DNA of 64,000 nucleotides from Candidatus Altimarinota bacterium (GTDB taxonomy: Bacteria > Patescibacteriota > Gracilibacteria > JBDHUY01), in contig JBDHUY010000009.1 in the NCBI GenBank assembly GCA_039809385.1, forward strand, positions 1 through 64,000, given 5' to 3'. Every line of letters begins with the position of its first letter. The stretch's first letter is position 1. The position numbers and the translations under genes are program-made. Below, one piece after another: positions 49,243-60,868 of the stretch. The notes under the pieces were generated by a model. The model ran no database searches. It was not told the DNA's origin and saw nothing but the letters and a program-made list of their open reading frames with translations.

Positions 49243-50985
49243 TCAAAACTTCTGCGCTTGCCACATGTCATAGAAGACACCCCGCCGCGCCAACAGCTCC
49301 TCGAACGAGCCCTGTTCGGCGATACGTCCCTGTTCCAGGACGATAATTCGATCCATCTGCTGCAGGGTACTGAGGCGGTGCGCGATCACGATCGCGGTGA
49401 TATCGCGAAAGACTTCGTGCAAGGCGTTCTGGATGCGTTGTTCGGACAGAGAGTCCAGGTGCGACGTAGCCTCGTCCAGAAAAAGAATGTCGGGATCGCG
49501 AAAAACGGCGCGCGCTATGCCAACCCTCTGGCGTTCGCCGCCCGAGAGTTTGACGCCCTTCTCTCCGACCAAGGTATCGAGACCGTCTTTGAGCTTGTGC
49601 GAAAAATCGGCGACGCGGGCGATCGAAGCCGCATGTTTTATGTTATCTTCCTGATACTGCGTGATTTGTGGAGAAAACGCAATATTCGTCTTGAGCGAAA
49701 GGTTAAAAAGCTCAATTTCCTGCGGGACATAGGCGATACGAGCCACATACGAGGCACGGTCGATCTCGCGTAAAGAAAGATGATCGAAGCGGACTTCTCC
49801 CTCATAACTATCGTACATTTTGAGTAAAATTTTGAACAAGGTCGATTTGCCGGCTCCCGAAACACCAACAATTCCGATTTTTTCACCCCGGGAAAGCGAA
49901 AAGGTGAGACCGCGAAGAACATCTTTTTCACTGTAGGAAAATGCAAGATCTTGAACATGCAGCGTCTGCCAAGTAGCGGGAAAGGTAATGTTCCCGGATA
50001 CTTCCAGATTCGGTTCCTGGGTAAATATTTCCTGCAGCCGTTCAATGGCCAGTTTGGAAATGAAGAAATCGTTATAGATTTGGGAAAATTCGTAGGCGCT
50101 TTCTTCCACTTTGCTAAAATAAAATAAAACCAGCGCCACCATTCCGACCGCAAAATATCCCTGCCAGACCTGCCAGATAGTAAATCCCAGAATCAGCGAT
50201 AAGAATATTCCCTTATAGACGCTTAAAATTGCGTCCCGAAAACGCCCGTAGACAACGCGTCTGGTGATCGCATCCAGCAAAAGAGTCACTTTGTTTTCGA
50301 GAAAAACGGTTACCGATTGCATCAGACGCATCGCTTTGAGGGTAAACAGCGTATTGAGCGATTCGAAGATGACTCCCTGTACCTCTTCTTCCCGCTCGTT
50401 CATTACCCGGGTGAGTATTCCCACTTTTCTGGTCAGAGCTAACGACACACCGTAAAACGAGACAAAGAAAAAGAGCAGCATGATGCCAAGGAACCAATTC
50501 GCCGTAAACAGAACAGCCATGACTAGCACGGTACTAATCACCGAATCGAGCAGCAAATCGACATAGAGTCGTATCAAAGTTTCAAGATTGGCGCCGCCGC
50601 GATCAATTTTTTTCAATTTATTGCCACTATTTTCTTGTTCGTGCCAGGCCCAATCGAGCAAAAACAGATGTTGCAGCGCCGACACTTGCGTCCGGAAATT
50701 AACCTGAGCGGCGATATTGTACAAAAGAGATTTCCCGATATTGCGTACGATATAATGATACAAATTGGCCAGTGTGATACCGGTAAGGAGCCAGAGTATC
50801 GCCGAATGGGAAGCGTCTATCATATCGGCCCCCAGAAGCGTAATGATCTGTCCGATCATGATCGGGATAGTCAATTTGACCACATCGCTGCTGCCTCTGA
50901 TGAGCGTTCCCAGAATGAACCTGGTACGGTAAGGACGCAGATAGTACCACATATCTTTGATCAAGTGCCAATTCGTATAGTGCAT
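49243..50985 (-). CDS. ABC exporter, fused TMD-NBD
   Basis: TM domain, GVSGAGKS, LSGGERQR, LDEATSHLD and AHRLST. Start inferred at ATG 50985. Confidence 0.92.
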   Translation of the reverse strand: MHYTNWHLIKDMWYYLRPYRTRFILGTLIRGSSDVVKLTIPIMIGQIITLLGADMIDASHSAILWLLTGITLANLYHYIVRNIGKSLLYNIAAQVNFRTQVSALQHLFLLDWAWHEQENSGNKLKKIDRGGANLETLIRLYVDLLLDSVISTVLVMAVLFTANWFLGIMLLFFFVSFYGVSLALTRKVGILTRVMNEREEEVQGVIFESLNTLFTLKAMRLMQSVTVFLENKVTLLLDAITRRVVYGRFRDAILSVYKGIFLSLILGFTIWQVWQGYFAVGMVALVLFYFSKVEESAYEFSQIYNDFFISKLAIERLQEIFTQEPNLEVSGNITFPATWQTLHVQDLAFSYSEKDVLRGLTFSLSRGEKIGIVGVSGAGKSTLFKILLKMYDSYEGEVRFDHLSLREIDRASYVARIAYVPQEIELFNLSLKTNIAFSPQITQYQEDNIKHAASIARVADFSHKLKDGLDTLVGEKGVKLSGGERQRVGIARAVFRDPDILFLDEATSHLDSLSEQRIQNALHEVFRDITAIVIAHRLSTLQQMDRIIVLEQGRIAEQGSFEELLARRGVFYDMWQAQKF

Positions 50986-51317
50986 AAAAGGAATAAGTAA
51001 AAAAGAGCCGCCCGGTGGCAAGAAGCGTACCGGACAAATATAAACGGCAAAGAATGAGGTGTTATAGTTGTAAACGTATCCGTTAGCGATTTGTTTCAAC
51101 AAATGCAAAAAAACAACCGAACGAGGACGGACGATCTTTTCTTTTGAAATCAACCGGGATCATGACATTGTGGCAAGGAAATGCGTACACCAGCAATCAT
51201 GGTTGCGCCGCAGAGCTCGTCCGGTTAAAACTCAACCGCTAATTTTTGAACGTCCAGTAAGGGAATGTTGATACGAAGCCGGTTTCGATTTTTTCGAGAA
51301 CAGACTCTGAGTTTCTG

Positions 51318-52301
51318 TCACGCTTCCATGCGTTGTTTTAAAAAGATCAATACGTCGCCGTTTTTGAGCATAAGCGGTGTGTCGTCAAAATGAATTTCGT
51401 AACGATTGTGGTCGAACCGGTACCACGAAATCAGACGCGCTCCTTCTTTTTTTTGGATCTGTTCGACCGTATGCGGTTTTACAACATACGGGTGTTCTCC
51501 GGTCAAGACAATCTCTTCGACCCGCATCGTGGCATGGTTCTGATACAACATTTTGTCCAGGAAACGCACGACTTCGGGCCGTACGACCAGACTAGCCAGT
51601 CGCATTCCTCCCAGGCGATAGGGGTTGACGATTTCGTCGACACCGGCACGGATCAGGTTTTTGCGCGACGATTCTTCTTTGAGCCGAGCAACAATGGTCA
51701 AATGCGGGTTGAGTTCGCGGGCATTCATGACCAGAAAGACGTTTTCGTGATCACTGCTTAAACAGGCGATAAGAGCTTTGGCCCGCTCCACATGGACTTT
51801 TTTGAGTGTTTTCTCGTCCGTGGCGTCGCCGACGATACTAAGCAAGGCGAGACCGTTCGAGCAAGTACGAAGGCGTTCTTCGTTTCTATCGATCAGTACA
51901 AACGGCTGTTTGATGGCGCTCAGTTCGTTAAGAATTCCGATAGAGGTATCGCTGGCTCCGCATACGATCACATGGTCTTTCAGATCTTCGATTCGTTGTT
52001 GCATGGCACGTGAGTTGAGAAAAGAGGTAAATTGACCCTTGAGAAAGAATGACGTAATGCTGCTCACGGTGTAGGTAATAGTTCCGATACCGAAAGCGAT
52101 CAGAAAAATAGTAAAAATACGTCCGGATTGGGATAGCGGATGGACTTCGCCATAACCGATAGTCGTGAGCGTGATCGTGGTCATGAACAATGCGTCCAGA
52201 AAATGCCAGTGTTCGATCAGCATATAGCCGGATACGCCGACAGCCACGACCAGCAACAGCAGTAAGACATCAAACAAAACCGTATTTCGAAAACGCAGCA
52301 T
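51318..52301 (-). CDS. Two-TM potassium channel with RCK (TrkA-N/C) domain
   Basis: Selectivity filter TTIGYG, HVIVCG and GDAT. Confidence 0.92.
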   Translation of the reverse strand: MLRFRNTVLFDVLLLLLVVAVGVSGYMLIEHWHFLDALFMTTITLTTIGYGEVHPLSQSGRIFTIFLIAFGIGTITYTVSSITSFFLKGQFTSFLNSRAMQQRIEDLKDHVIVCGASDTSIGILNELSAIKQPFVLIDRNEERLRTCSNGLALLSIVGDATDEKTLKKVHVERAKALIACLSSDHENVFLVMNARELNPHLTIVARLKEESSRKNLIRAGVDEIVNPYRLGGMRLASLVVRPEVVRFLDKMLYQNHATMRVEEIVLTGEHPYVVKPHTVEQIQKKEGARLISWYRFDHNRYEIHFDDTPLMLKNGDVLIFLKQRMEA

Positions 52302-52449
52302 AGGTAATTTTTAGCCTGGTCAGTGTAGCAAGACTGCTCATTACATGCAAAAGAAAGAGCAAACCAGCTTAATTTGATATATTTATATTTTTATTTTATA
52401 ATATATAGATGATCAGTAAAATCGTTTTATTACCATATTAGTTGATTGC

Positions 52450-52812
52450 ATGTTGTTTGAATCAGAAGGAAGAGTTTCTAGGGAGGAGATAAACTTACAA
52501 AGCACTGTTAGACAATACCATTCTCTAAATAAAGGCAGTTTAGAGAAAGAAATTCAGTCTTTATCGGCAGATTTAAGAAGTTTCAAGAGTTCTTATCCTG
52601 CCATTGTTCCTGTCTTGGAAAGAGAAGATATCATTACTGAAACTGTCCACTTCGTCAAAATACTAAGAGCCGACCTGCCGATTGACACCGTTACTATCGA
52701 AAGATCCCATATGGATCCGGATAATCTACCAGTCTATGCTGTAACAGAGGTACGATTCATACAAAAGGCACCGACACTTAAAAAAAACAGCTGGGCAACT
52801 ACAGAAAGGTGA
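52450..52812 (+). CDS. Hypothetical protein
   Basis: 120-aa ORF co-oriented with downstream genes; no motif recognised. Confidence 0.45.
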   Translation: MLFESEGRVSREEINLQSTVRQYHSLNKGSLEKEIQSLSADLRSFKSSYPAIVPVLEREDIITETVHFVKILRADLPIDTVTIERSHMDPDNLPVYAVTEVRFIQKAPTLKKNSWATTER

Positions 52813-52816
52813 ATCT

Positions 52817-53143
52817 TTGAGTCCCGCTTTCAAGGAATTCATAAAAAAGAAGCTTGAGGAAATCCTTAATCGTAACTTTCAGAAAAAGATAGCTGGAGAT
52901 CCACTAAACATGGAAAGACAAAATGTAGGCGGACTACTGGTACCTGCTCGGCAAGCACAACGACAAGGGCCAAACATGTTTTCAAAACAAGAACTTATCG
53001 ATACGTTAGAAGGAATCACGGAACGACTAAGCCCGGATCAGGATGAACAAAGAATACTCAGCTTATTTAGAGAAAAGGAAATAGGACTGGCTTGTGCCCA
53101 GTTTGCCCTTCATTTACGAAATACCAGTAACACCAACTCATGA
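52817..53143 (+). CDS. Hypothetical protein
   Basis: 108-aa ORF whose stop overlaps the next start (ATGA). Confidence 0.5.
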   Translation: MSPAFKEFIKKKLEEILNRNFQKKIAGDPLNMERQNVGGLLVPARQAQRQGPNMFSKQELIDTLEGITERLSPDQDEQRILSLFREKEIGLACAQFALHLRNTSNTNS

Positions 53144-54126
53144 GCGATCAAACGATGTTAACAGATATCGCCACAAAGATACAAACCGCCAAACGGATCG
53201 CGATTTTATCCCATCGCAATCCCGACGGCGATACGATCGGCAGTAATGTCGGACTGCGACTGGGATTGGAAAGTATTGGAAAAGAAGTCATTTCCGTGTG
53301 CCATGATACTATTTCCGAAAAATTTTCCCTTCTCCCCTCGGTACGCCTGTTTCGACGCAACCTCGCGTCCCACGACATCGATCTTGTCATTACCGTAGAC
53401 ATCGCCGCCAAAAGCCTGATCGGTTCGAACGAAGAACAACAGCAGATCCTCGATTTCCCCCACATCATCAATATCGACCACCACCCGGACAACGAGCAGT
53501 TCGGACATCTCAATCTCGTGGATCCGCACGCCGCAGCGGCCGCCATCCTGATATACCTCCTGCTCGATTTTATGAAGATCCCGATACGGCGCGATATAGC
53601 GACAGCCCTGCTGGTGGGGCTCTACTGGGATACCGGTAGTTTCATGCACGGCAACACTTCTCAGGAAGCCTACGCCGTAGCCGCAAAATTAGTCTCTTGT
53701 GGAGGAAACATCAATCTGATCAGCCAATACCTTTTCCGCAACTTCCCGGTAAACAAACTAAAATTATGGGGCGAAGTCTTGAACCGGGTCAAAGTCAACG
53801 AACAACAGGTTGTTTCTTCAGTTGTCACAAGTGAGGATTTCGACAAAACCGGCACTTCTTCGGAAGACCTAAACGGCCTGGTAGAGTACCTCAATATGAT
53901 CCCCAACAGTCGTTACGCCATGCTGCTCACCGAAGACGAACAAGGACACCAGGTCAAAGGATCGTTACGTACACTCAACGACAATGTGGATGTCTCCAGT
54001 ATCGCCCATCAATTCGGCGGCGGCGGACACTCCAAAGCATCAGGGTTTCGCATCAGCGGCAAACTCGAAGAAGAAGTCACATGGAAAGTCGTCGGAGAGA
54101 GTAACAAAGATATTATAAAAATATAG
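53140..54126 (+). CDS. nrnA: DHH/DHHA1 phosphoesterase (NanoRNase/pAp phosphatase)
   Basis: HRNPDGD, IDHH, DTGSF, GSLR and GGGGH..ASG. Confidence 0.9.
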   Translation: MSDQTMLTDIATKIQTAKRIAILSHRNPDGDTIGSNVGLRLGLESIGKEVISVCHDTISEKFSLLPSVRLFRRNLASHDIDLVITVDIAAKSLIGSNEEQQQILDFPHIINIDHHPDNEQFGHLNLVDPHAAAAAILIYLLLDFMKIPIRRDIATALLVGLYWDTGSFMHGNTSQEAYAVAAKLVSCGGNINLISQYLFRNFPVNKLKLWGEVLNRVKVNEQQVVSSVVTSEDFDKTGTSSEDLNGLVEYLNMIPNSRYAMLLTEDEQGHQVKGSLRTLNDNVDVSSIAHQFGGGGHSKASGFRISGKLEEEVTWKVVGESNKDIIKI

Positions 54127-54227
54127 CATTCCGCAACCGACGATCTGTATCGGAGGAAGCAGTCAATCTACTTGGAACTTCTGCTAACAGAGGGAGTTTT
54201 TTGGAGTTATGTCAAACTCAGAGAATA

Positions 54228-54255
54228 TTGCAGCCGGACAAAAATATGCTATAAT
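54228..54255 (+). promoter_or_regulatory. Putative sigma70 promoter
   Basis: TTGCAG-N16-TATAAT with TG extension. A hairpin AACTTCGTCC/GGACGAAGTT lies in the 5' UTR (~54326-54349). Confidence 0.6.
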
Positions 54256-54382
54256 ACAAACAAGCAAAATTAAAACACAAAAATGTACGTGAGAACTACA
54301 GGAAAAATATCCTCGAACATTCGAAAACTTCGTCCCTTCGGACGAAGTTCTTTTTCATTATACCTCTTTGTTTCTCTCTGCT

Positions 54383-57300
54383 ATGACTATTAGATTGCCG
54401 GTCAGGAAAAGGTGGAAGATTTCCCTGCTTTGCATCATGGCGGCCAGCTTGTTTTTCTTGGTGCAAAATGCTCACAATATGCCAGCAGAAGCTCTCATAT
54501 CGACATCCGTTGAAGTTGGAGGCACCCCGGTAGGAATCATTCCAGTAGACATCGGTACGGTACCTGACTCCGGCGCATCTTGCGATCCGGCTCCAGAGGG
54601 AGCGGCTTGTGGGACAAGTTATTGCCGGGGTAGCATCATGTGCGCCGTTATATGCGACATTCCAGACATTCCATTAGGCAATTTTAACCCGGAACTTCCG
54701 GAATTACCGGATCCGACGAGCAACGCTTACCGTTGCAACGCTGCTATCCAACTCTGTGAAATTTGTACGGCAGGAGAAACTGGCTGTACGACGCTTGACA
54801 ATTGTCTGTCAAGTTGTCAGGCCGCGCCGACGGAAAACATACCCCCATTCTTCACGACAAATCCGGTCAGCGGACAAATTGGCAGCAGCAATCCTAGAGT
54901 CACGATCATGATCGAAGACCCGAGTCCGAGCAGCTTGATCGCACTCGCAACCTGGAGACTTCAGAAAAAAATATCCGGCGCATGGAACAATACTCTCACC
55001 TTCGGCTCGATTACCGACGCAATCAACAATACTAGGGGAAGTGCCGTTGTTGTACTGCCGGGAGTCGGCGAATACCGGTTTCAGCTTGTCGGAAAAGACC
55101 AGGCGAATAACACGACATCGACATTTTCGAATGCTTTTCAGGTCGTCGACAATCCGGTCGATACGACACCGCCGACGGTGACGGCCAACCCGACCTCACA
55201 GACAGCCGCCGGCACCATATTTGTGGCATTGACGCCGGAAGATACGGGAGGATCCGGCTTGTCTCAAGCACGTTATGTAATGGACGGTAGCGTATCGTTG
55301 GGAAGCGGCATACAATTTCAATCTACCACCAATATCAGTATTGCCAGCGCAGGATCACATACCATAAATTGGATTGCGCAGGATAATGCCGGAAATATCG
55401 CCTCAGGACAATTCGGCCCATACACAGTTACCGCAAGCACCGGCAGCGATTGTACGCTCAATGCCAGTATCGTCGGACCGGCCGAGGGTGTGGTATCGCA
55501 AAATCTGGCGTTTGCCGCTTCGGTATCAAGCACAGGGACAGGTTGCTCCGGATCTATCCAGCACACCTGGGATTTCGGAGACGGGAGTACTATTCCAGCG
55601 GGGAACAACCCCGGAGTCAGTCATGTATATACGAGCGGAGGCAACAAAACCCTGGTTTTGAGAGTTACGCAAGGAACAAGTGCGACAACAGCGACCAAAC
55701 TAGTCAAGATAAACGCGACCTCGTTAAACGGAGTTTGCGGTACGGCGGTAAATCAATATTTTTCCACGGAACCGACACAAAACCTGTGTGAAGCGGGAAA
55801 CAGTACGAAGCCGACGGCTTTGGGAAACGGAGCGTGGAGTTGGTCGTGTCAGGGACTCAATGGAGGACAAACCGCCACCTGTCAGTCACAAACTACTGGC
55901 AGCGGTGACGTGACGGCTCCCTCCGTAACCTTTACCCCGAACGGAGGCAGCTGGAGCAAAAACAGCCAAACGGTAACTGTCAATGTGACCGATACGCAAA
56001 GCAATATTCAAGCCGCTACCTGGCAAGTACAGCAATTCAACGGGACTAGCTGGCGTACCGTGGTACAACAAGGAAGTATGACTACCGGAAACCAGAATAC
56101 GTCGCAAAACATAACACTGAACGGTATAGGACAGTACCGGATCTATGTATATGTTCAGGATAGCAGTAATAACGAAAATTTTGTCTATTCGCTGACCTAC
56201 GATCTGAATACCGGCGCGCAAAACGGCTCATGCGGCAGCGCGGCCAGAACCTATCTGGATACCGAGACCAAATACACGGGAAGTTTTTGCTTAGTCGGAA
56301 CGGCAAACCCGGCTACGCCTGCTTTTCCGGCGAACGGAGCGACGACCGGCTGGACGTGTCAAGGCGTATTAGGAGGAAATAATACCCAATGCAGCGCCAG
56401 CAGAGACTCAGCGACGAATACGATCTGGCAGGGAAATCTGCATAACTCTGCTTACGGACAAGACATGGGCTGGCTGCTGGTCGGAAATCCCGCCGGGACA
56501 GCTTATGAAGGGATGTACAACGGGTTGAGAATCGAACAAAATCCTCTGCTGAGCGGAGGAAGTCAGTACCGCATTACCGGGAACGCATATAGTCCCTACT
56601 TCGGCATATTTGTTCTGGATGCTGCTACCGTCAACGTGATCAGTCCGCAATGGGCCGTCATCCAAGGCAGCGGACGCTTTCCTTCAGCGGGAATCAATCT
56701 GGTTACGGCCAGTGGCAATATTACGCCGGCATTATGCGAGGGCTATAAAAATTTCGGTCTTTGGCCGGCAAATCCCGGTCAACCGTTTGCTATCTGTATT
56801 GATCTGAGTACAGTCGGGACTAATACTCCGCTAAAGATGAACGGATATGCTTGGAGCGACACGTACGGATGGTTGAAAGTGGCTGACGACGGAGGAACGA
56901 TTCAAAATCCGCCGGTTTACGACAATCCGGTAGCGGGCAGCTCCTATCAAATGACAACAACCTGGAATCCCAATCTGAACATCAACGGGAACGCCAATCA
57001 AAATGGAAATAACAATATTAACCAGAATACGAACAGTCCGGTTACGGGAAAAAATCCGCTGGTCACTATCAACGCGACGCCGGACTATGTAATTGATGCC
57101 AGTAATCGCTGGGACACTTCGGCTCAGGCGATTGTCAGCTGTAAACCGGGAAGCGGAACCAGTTGTGATACTGCCTCGTATAAAATAGCGGTATTCCCCA
57201 GCAATCCCGGCAGCTGTCCGCAGGATTACGCATTATATACTATTGATTCCCCAATGCTTGTTGGCGACAATCTATGGGTATGCGGCGCAGCTCACACCAT

Positions 57301-60004
57301 CGAACAGGATAAGAGCGGGAACTTCTACTACGGATATTCGACCGATCCGGTGCAATTTCGGGTCGATACGATCGCACCCGACTGCAGCAGTGAATTCCCG
57401 CCGTCGGGGCAGTATTACAGTCAAATCATCCTTGAAAACGGCAATTGTAGCGATAGCGGATCGGGAATCGAAGAGACCGGTATCCAGTTCGGCTATGGAG
57501 AAAGTTTCGAGACTCCTTTTACTGATGCAAAATCTTTTCCGAAAGAGATCTGTAGAGAAGGCGATAGTACCAATTGTTATACGATACTCTCGGATCAGAT
57601 CGCGCTCCCAAGTGACGATTTCGAAGGAGACAAATATCAAAATTCGTTCGCGGTTAAGGCACGAGACCGGGTAGGTAACGAAACGTTCGTACCGTTACGG
57701 TATAATTTTACGCTCATCGCTCCGTTGATCCGGTATTACGAACTAAAAGGATCATTACTACGACTGTACGGAACGAATTTCGGACGTAGCGGTATGGCGC
57801 GCTTTTATGACGGAACGAAACAAGAACTGGAAAATATGAGAATGCGCTATAGCAGCAGCGACGGGAAAAAGGTCGAAATTCAGACTACTCGGGATAGCCG
57901 TGTGCGATATATCAGGATTCAACGCAATACTGATGACCGTCCCCAGGAGACCGAAATAAGTCTCTATTTTCCCTTTAGCTTCGTGCATAACGCCGATCAA
58001 AGTTTAACACTGCTGCCGAGTGCGGTAACCGCGTTGCCAGGAGATACCGTTACACTCATCGCTTCGATGGGACCCGAAACCGCGCAGCACATTTTTGACT
58101 GGCAAATTCCCTATATCGATCCGCAAGATCAGAACAAAGGTAAAATCAGCGATTCTCCTTTGCCAGAACTGAAACCTGGCAATAATGTTTTTACCTTACA
58201 ATTAAAAGATAGCATCCCGAGCGGCCAATACCCCGTCGTCGTCAAAGATATCCTCGGCGGGTCGACGGCACAGATAGACGCAGGTCACCTCTACAGCGTT
58301 ATATTTTCCGACACATCCAATAACAAAAGACTGGCTCTGCTGCAGAACCGTGATATAGATTCTGGAGATTATGGGACCGGAGACATTGGAACTTCTGGCA
58401 GTACTTCGATGAGCACCAATACTTACATGAAAACAACCAGCAGCAACGGAACGGAAAGCCTTAAAACCACCAGCGAACTTCTCAATGAAGGATATAGTCC
58501 GATACTGGGTACGGACGGAAACACCCTCTATTACAACCGCAATACCGGCGATGTGGTCAGAACTGAAACCACGAATATCAGTACGGATGGAAAAACGACC
58601 ATTCAACCTAGCTGCGGCAGTAGTAACAATCAGACGTTCGAGACCGCCCCGACACAGAATTTATGTCTGTCCGGAGCCCCGACAACGGTTACGCTGAACG
58701 GTACGACCTGGGGATGGAGTTGTATCGGGACCAACGAGAGCAAAGTCTCCTGCAGTGCGGCCAAAACCGCAACGACACAAATCACAACCGGACTGAATAC
58801 AAATGGAAACCAATCCCAATCCAATCAAAATGCGGGTACCAAAGAGTCTCAGAGAAATACCAACACGAACGGGACAAAAGAAACATGTACGGATATTACC
58901 GGATTACTGGCATCCTATTGTACGACAAATCCGACAGATACGGCTTGCTACACGACGGATATCAATACGATTTGTGCTTCGTTCATAGGCCAAACCGGAA
59001 CACCTCTTAGTTCTTATTGTTATGCCTATTTCAACAATCCGTCGAGTATCTGCCCGCTTACTTCGCCGATACGATCGGGAAATAACGGAGAGACCGGAGG
59101 TATCCAAAACATCAACACCAACGGCAGCCTCAACCTAAATCAAAACAGCGGTACCGGCACAAGCGGAAACGCCAACAACAATAGTTCTCCGCAGAATCAG
59201 AATACCAACAGCCCGGGAACAACCATCCCCCAGTCGACCGCAACAGCGGTAATCACGGTAATCAATCCCGACAGTACCGATACTTCCAAGTATATGAGCT
59301 GCTGGGGGCTACCGTGTAACGCGGTGATCGTTACCAGCGCCGCCAACGAAATCGTGCAGGATGGTGTGAACTGCGGAGACGCCACGAAACAGCGTACGAG
59401 AGCATTGAGCGAAAGCGGTATAACTGGCGATCAGCAAGCAGGCGAACCTAACCAGATCTGTCTGTCCGATCTGTATCTGGGCACTGAAAAAGAACTTGCC
59501 CAGATCAGCGCGACGTTTGACGGTAGTCCGGATCTGCAGTTTGTCTTGGAACTGAAAGGCGATCAGGGGCAGGTAGTTACCTATGCAGTGCCAGCCGAAG
59601 GGAGTCATCACACTTTTGGAGAAAAGGTTAACTTCACCGGTTTTAAGATAGAACCTACCATTACGATCACCCGGGGAACCCTGTCGCGCGTACTGATCTC
59701 GCTGGACAACCGTACCGACGAATCCGTAACGTTAACGATCAACGATACGCTTGCTTCCAGCCAGACAAATCAGTGTAGTTACATATCGACCGGATATTGT
59801 TACCAGATGTGTTATACGACAGTAGAAGCCAACGGCAACGTAACCGCCCATGTGCGCGGAGATTGCCCGGCAACCGCGGCCGACACCGGACCGATCAGCA
59901 TCGCCGACAACACCATCTGTCGTCCCGACGATACTTCGGCCGCTAACACGCTCAACTGCCAAAAGATCGAACGTTACTGTACCAATTTGTGTCGGGAACA
60001 CTAA
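54383..60004 (+). CDS. Giant secreted Cys-rich multidomain surface protein E (~1870 aa)
   Basis: Signal/TM segment; several Ig-like domains; PKD (WDFGDG); three NGxCG...W.C.G repeats; AYGQD/GYAWS domain; Asn-rich linkers; Cys-rich C-terminus. Confidence 0.9.
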   Translation: MTIRLPVRKRWKISLLCIMAASLFFLVQNAHNMPAEALISTSVEVGGTPVGIIPVDIGTVPDSGASCDPAPEGAACGTSYCRGSIMCAVICDIPDIPLGNFNPELPELPDPTSNAYRCNAAIQLCEICTAGETGCTTLDNCLSSCQAAPTENIPPFFTTNPVSGQIGSSNPRVTIMIEDPSPSSLIALATWRLQKKISGAWNNTLTFGSITDAINNTRGSAVVVLPGVGEYRFQLVGKDQANNTTSTFSNAFQVVDNPVDTTPPTVTANPTSQTAAGTIFVALTPEDTGGSGLSQARYVMDGSVSLGSGIQFQSTTNISIASAGSHTINWIAQDNAGNIASGQFGPYTVTASTGSDCTLNASIVGPAEGVVSQNLAFAASVSSTGTGCSGSIQHTWDFGDGSTIPAGNNPGVSHVYTSGGNKTLVLRVTQGTSATTATKLVKINATSLNGVCGTAVNQYFSTEPTQNLCEAGNSTKPTALGNGAWSWSCQGLNGGQTATCQSQTTGSGDVTAPSVTFTPNGGSWSKNSQTVTVNVTDTQSNIQAATWQVQQFNGTSWRTVVQQGSMTTGNQNTSQNITLNGIGQYRIYVYVQDSSNNENFVYSLTYDLNTGAQNGSCGSAARTYLDTETKYTGSFCLVGTANPATPAFPANGATTGWTCQGVLGGNNTQCSASRDSATNTIWQGNLHNSAYGQDMGWLLVGNPAGTAYEGMYNGLRIEQNPLLSGGSQYRITGNAYSPYFGIFVLDAATVNVISPQWAVIQGSGRFPSAGINLVTASGNITPALCEGYKNFGLWPANPGQPFAICIDLSTVGTNTPLKMNGYAWSDTYGWLKVADDGGTIQNPPVYDNPVAGSSYQMTTTWNPNLNINGNANQNGNNNINQNTNSPVTGKNPLVTINATPDYVIDASNRWDTSAQAIVSCKPGSGTSCDTASYKIAVFPSNPGSCPQDYALYTIDSPMLVGDNLWVCGAAHTIEQDKSGNFYYGYSTDPVQFRVDTIAPDCSSEFPPSGQYYSQIILENGNCSDSGSGIEETGIQFGYGESFETPFTDAKSFPKEICREGDSTNCYTILSDQIALPSDDFEGDKYQNSFAVKARDRVGNETFVPLRYNFTLIAPLIRYYELKGSLLRLYGTNFGRSGMARFYDGTKQELENMRMRYSSSDGKKVEIQTTRDSRVRYIRIQRNTDDRPQETEISLYFPFSFVHNADQSLTLLPSAVTALPGDTVTLIASMGPETAQHIFDWQIPYIDPQDQNKGKISDSPLPELKPGNNVFTLQLKDSIPSGQYPVVVKDILGGSTAQIDAGHLYSVIFSDTSNNKRLALLQNRDIDSGDYGTGDIGTSGSTSMSTNTYMKTTSSNGTESLKTTSELLNEGYSPILGTDGNTLYYNRNTGDVVRTETTNISTDGKTTIQPSCGSSNNQTFETAPTQNLCLSGAPTTVTLNGTTWGWSCIGTNESKVSCSAAKTATTQITTGLNTNGNQSQSNQNAGTKESQRNTNTNGTKETCTDITGLLASYCTTNPTDTACYTTDINTICASFIGQTGTPLSSYCYAYFNNPSSICPLTSPIRSGNNGETGGIQNINTNGSLNLNQNSGTGTSGNANNNSSPQNQNTNSPGTTIPQSTATAVITVINPDSTDTSKYMSCWGLPCNAVIVTSAANEIVQDGVNCGDATKQRTRALSESGITGDQQAGEPNQICLSDLYLGTEKELAQISATFDGSPDLQFVLELKGDQGQVVTYAVPAEGSHHTFGEKVNFTGFKIEPTITITRGTLSRVLISLDNRTDESVTLTINDTLASSQTNQCSYISTGYCYQMCYTTVEANGNVTAHVRGDCPATAADTGPISIADNTICRPDDTSAANTLNCQKIERYCTNLCREH

Positions 60005-60145
60005 AGGATGAAAAATTCAAAATTACCAATACCAGCCAGGAGAGACGGTTTTGAAACCGTCTCTCTTGAGGCCGGGCTGATTTGAGTTTCGCATCCAAAT
60101 AGCTTATAATAAAAAAGAAGGATATTATTTAAAAAACAAAGAAAT

Positions 60146-60829
60146 ATGAAAACAAAAATCGGATTATGGAGTCTGGTCTTAGGAATGACGCTGCTGTCGG
60201 CATGCGGATTTTCGGGTGGAACACCCAACGGAAGCACGAATGGAACAAAACCTGCTCCGGACACCAGCACGACCGGCATGGACATCACTGCCGAAGCTTT
60301 GGCAAAAGGAGACGAAAGTCTGTGTAGCAAAATCGCTTCGGGAGCGGAAAAAGAGAGCTGCGTCAACCAAGTATTCTCTACTCAAGCCATAAAAAATAAA
60401 GATCCGAAAACGTGCGACAAGATAGCCAAGGACGACGAGCGATCAGCCTGTACCAAAAACGTGGCGGTCGGGAGCGGCATTGTCTCGGGAAACGATCAAG
60501 GCTGTAATATACTGACAGACGAAAAGAGCAAAGCTGACTGCAAGGATACCGTTAATATCAATCTGGCCTATAGCCAGCTCAAAACCGGGCAGTGCGACGC
60601 AGTCTCCAATCCGCAGAATCGGGAAGCGTGTAAAAATCAAGTACTGATCCTGGAAGCCAAGCAGGGCGGCGATTTTTCGCTATGTGATAACGTGACAAAT
60701 ATAAATCTGCGGGGTAATTGCCGGGATAATATCTACTATGATCAGGCACTGAGAAAACAAGACCAATCGCTGTGCGAAAAAATAGAAAACACTCCGTTTC
60801 TCAAAGAAAATTGCTTAAAAAACCTGTAA
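60146..60829 (+). CDS. Lipoprotein with six C-x11/12-C repeats
   Basis: Lipobox LSAC; repeats such as LCSKIASGAEKESC and TCDKIAKDDERSAC. Confidence 0.85.
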   Translation: MKTKIGLWSLVLGMTLLSACGFSGGTPNGSTNGTKPAPDTSTTGMDITAEALAKGDESLCSKIASGAEKESCVNQVFSTQAIKNKDPKTCDKIAKDDERSACTKNVAVGSGIVSGNDQGCNILTDEKSKADCKDTVNINLAYSQLKTGQCDAVSNPQNREACKNQVLILEAKQGGDFSLCDNVTNINLRGNCRDNIYYDQALRKQDQSLCEKIENTPFLKENCLKNL

Positions 60830-60868
60830 TGAGTTTTCCCGTCGGCGTCTCATCTGTAGTTTTTCATT

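Noticed and set aside
33558-60004. Diversity-generating retroelement acting on the Cys-rich genes
   Set aside because: There is no reverse transcriptase and no template/variable repeat pair with adenine-specific mismatches. Differences among the 117-bp repeats are mostly synonymous.
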